Assembly: GCA_964371255.1 (NCBI GenBank)
Contig: CAYJKV010000004.1
Span: 1 to 37,612 of the forward strand
DNA: 37,612 nt
Direction: 5' to 3'
From: an uncultured Candidatus Saccharibacteria bacterium
Lineage (GTDB): Bacteria; Patescibacteriota; Andersenbacteria; UBA10190
Below, one piece after another: positions 37,458 through 37,612 of the stretch; the first letter of the stretch is position 1; each line of letters opens with the position of its first letter. A program made the position numbers and the translations under genes. The notes beneath the pieces are model-generated. The model saw only the letters and a program-made list of their open reading frames with translations, did no database searches and had not been told where the DNA came from.

Positions 37458-37612
37458 ATGACAGATAAAAATGGAGGTATTGATAATGAAAGTAGAAATC
37501 AGACAACAGGTCCTGGCGATGGAGTTAACAATCGGTCAGGAGAGGGAATAGCAAAGAAATTAGTAGGTACAGCCGGTCGTGTGCAATTACGATCAGATGC
37601 GGTTTTGCAGGG
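37458..37612 (+). CDS. Partial ORF running off the window end
   Basis: ATG 37458 open to the end (MTDKNGGIDNESRNQ..). Confidence 0.4.
   Translation, partial: MTDKNGGIDNESRNQTTGPGDGVNNRSGEGIAKKLVGTAGRVQLRSDAVLQ

Noticed and set aside
1-37612. tRNA, rRNA or known riboswitch
   Set aside because: None recognised by eye; tRNAscan-SE and Infernal were not run.

Overview
Bacterial chromosomal window, standard code 11 (TGA is used as a stop), G-rich + strand throughout. The gene types suggest Patescibacteria/CPR (inference from a degenerate DHH protein, a stand-alone membrane-anchored VirD4-like ATPase and TGADS-repeat secreted proteins). Layout: (1) 1-10 kb has housekeeping genes (DHH phosphoesterase, uppP, tsaE, polA), a frameshifted IS481-family element and a secreted LRR protein. 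It is bracketed by two paralogous genes (78-701, 8113-8730) whose 3' ends differ in the pattern expected of diversity-generating retroelement (DGR) variable regions; no RT or template repeat was seen here. (2) 10-20 kb is an exopolysaccharide locus: two processive GT2s, a GT-C/GH5 fusion, a TIM-barrel hydrolase, a CBM-CE4 deacetylase and an NDP-sugar epimerase. (3) 21-31 kb is a secreted-protein locus: two TasA/CalY-like SipW-signal proteins, then a SipW peptidase carrying a second, internal SipW-type signal plus an RTX-like Ca-binding domain, then two acidic TGADS-repeat proteins, one with an LPXTG-like tail. (4) Hypotheticals and a VirD4/TrwB-like ATPase. The best candidates for new biology are the putative self-processing SipW-RTX polyprotein/fibre system next to an EPS locus, and the pair of remote DGR targets. 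All calls come from motif reading by eye; no database search was run.
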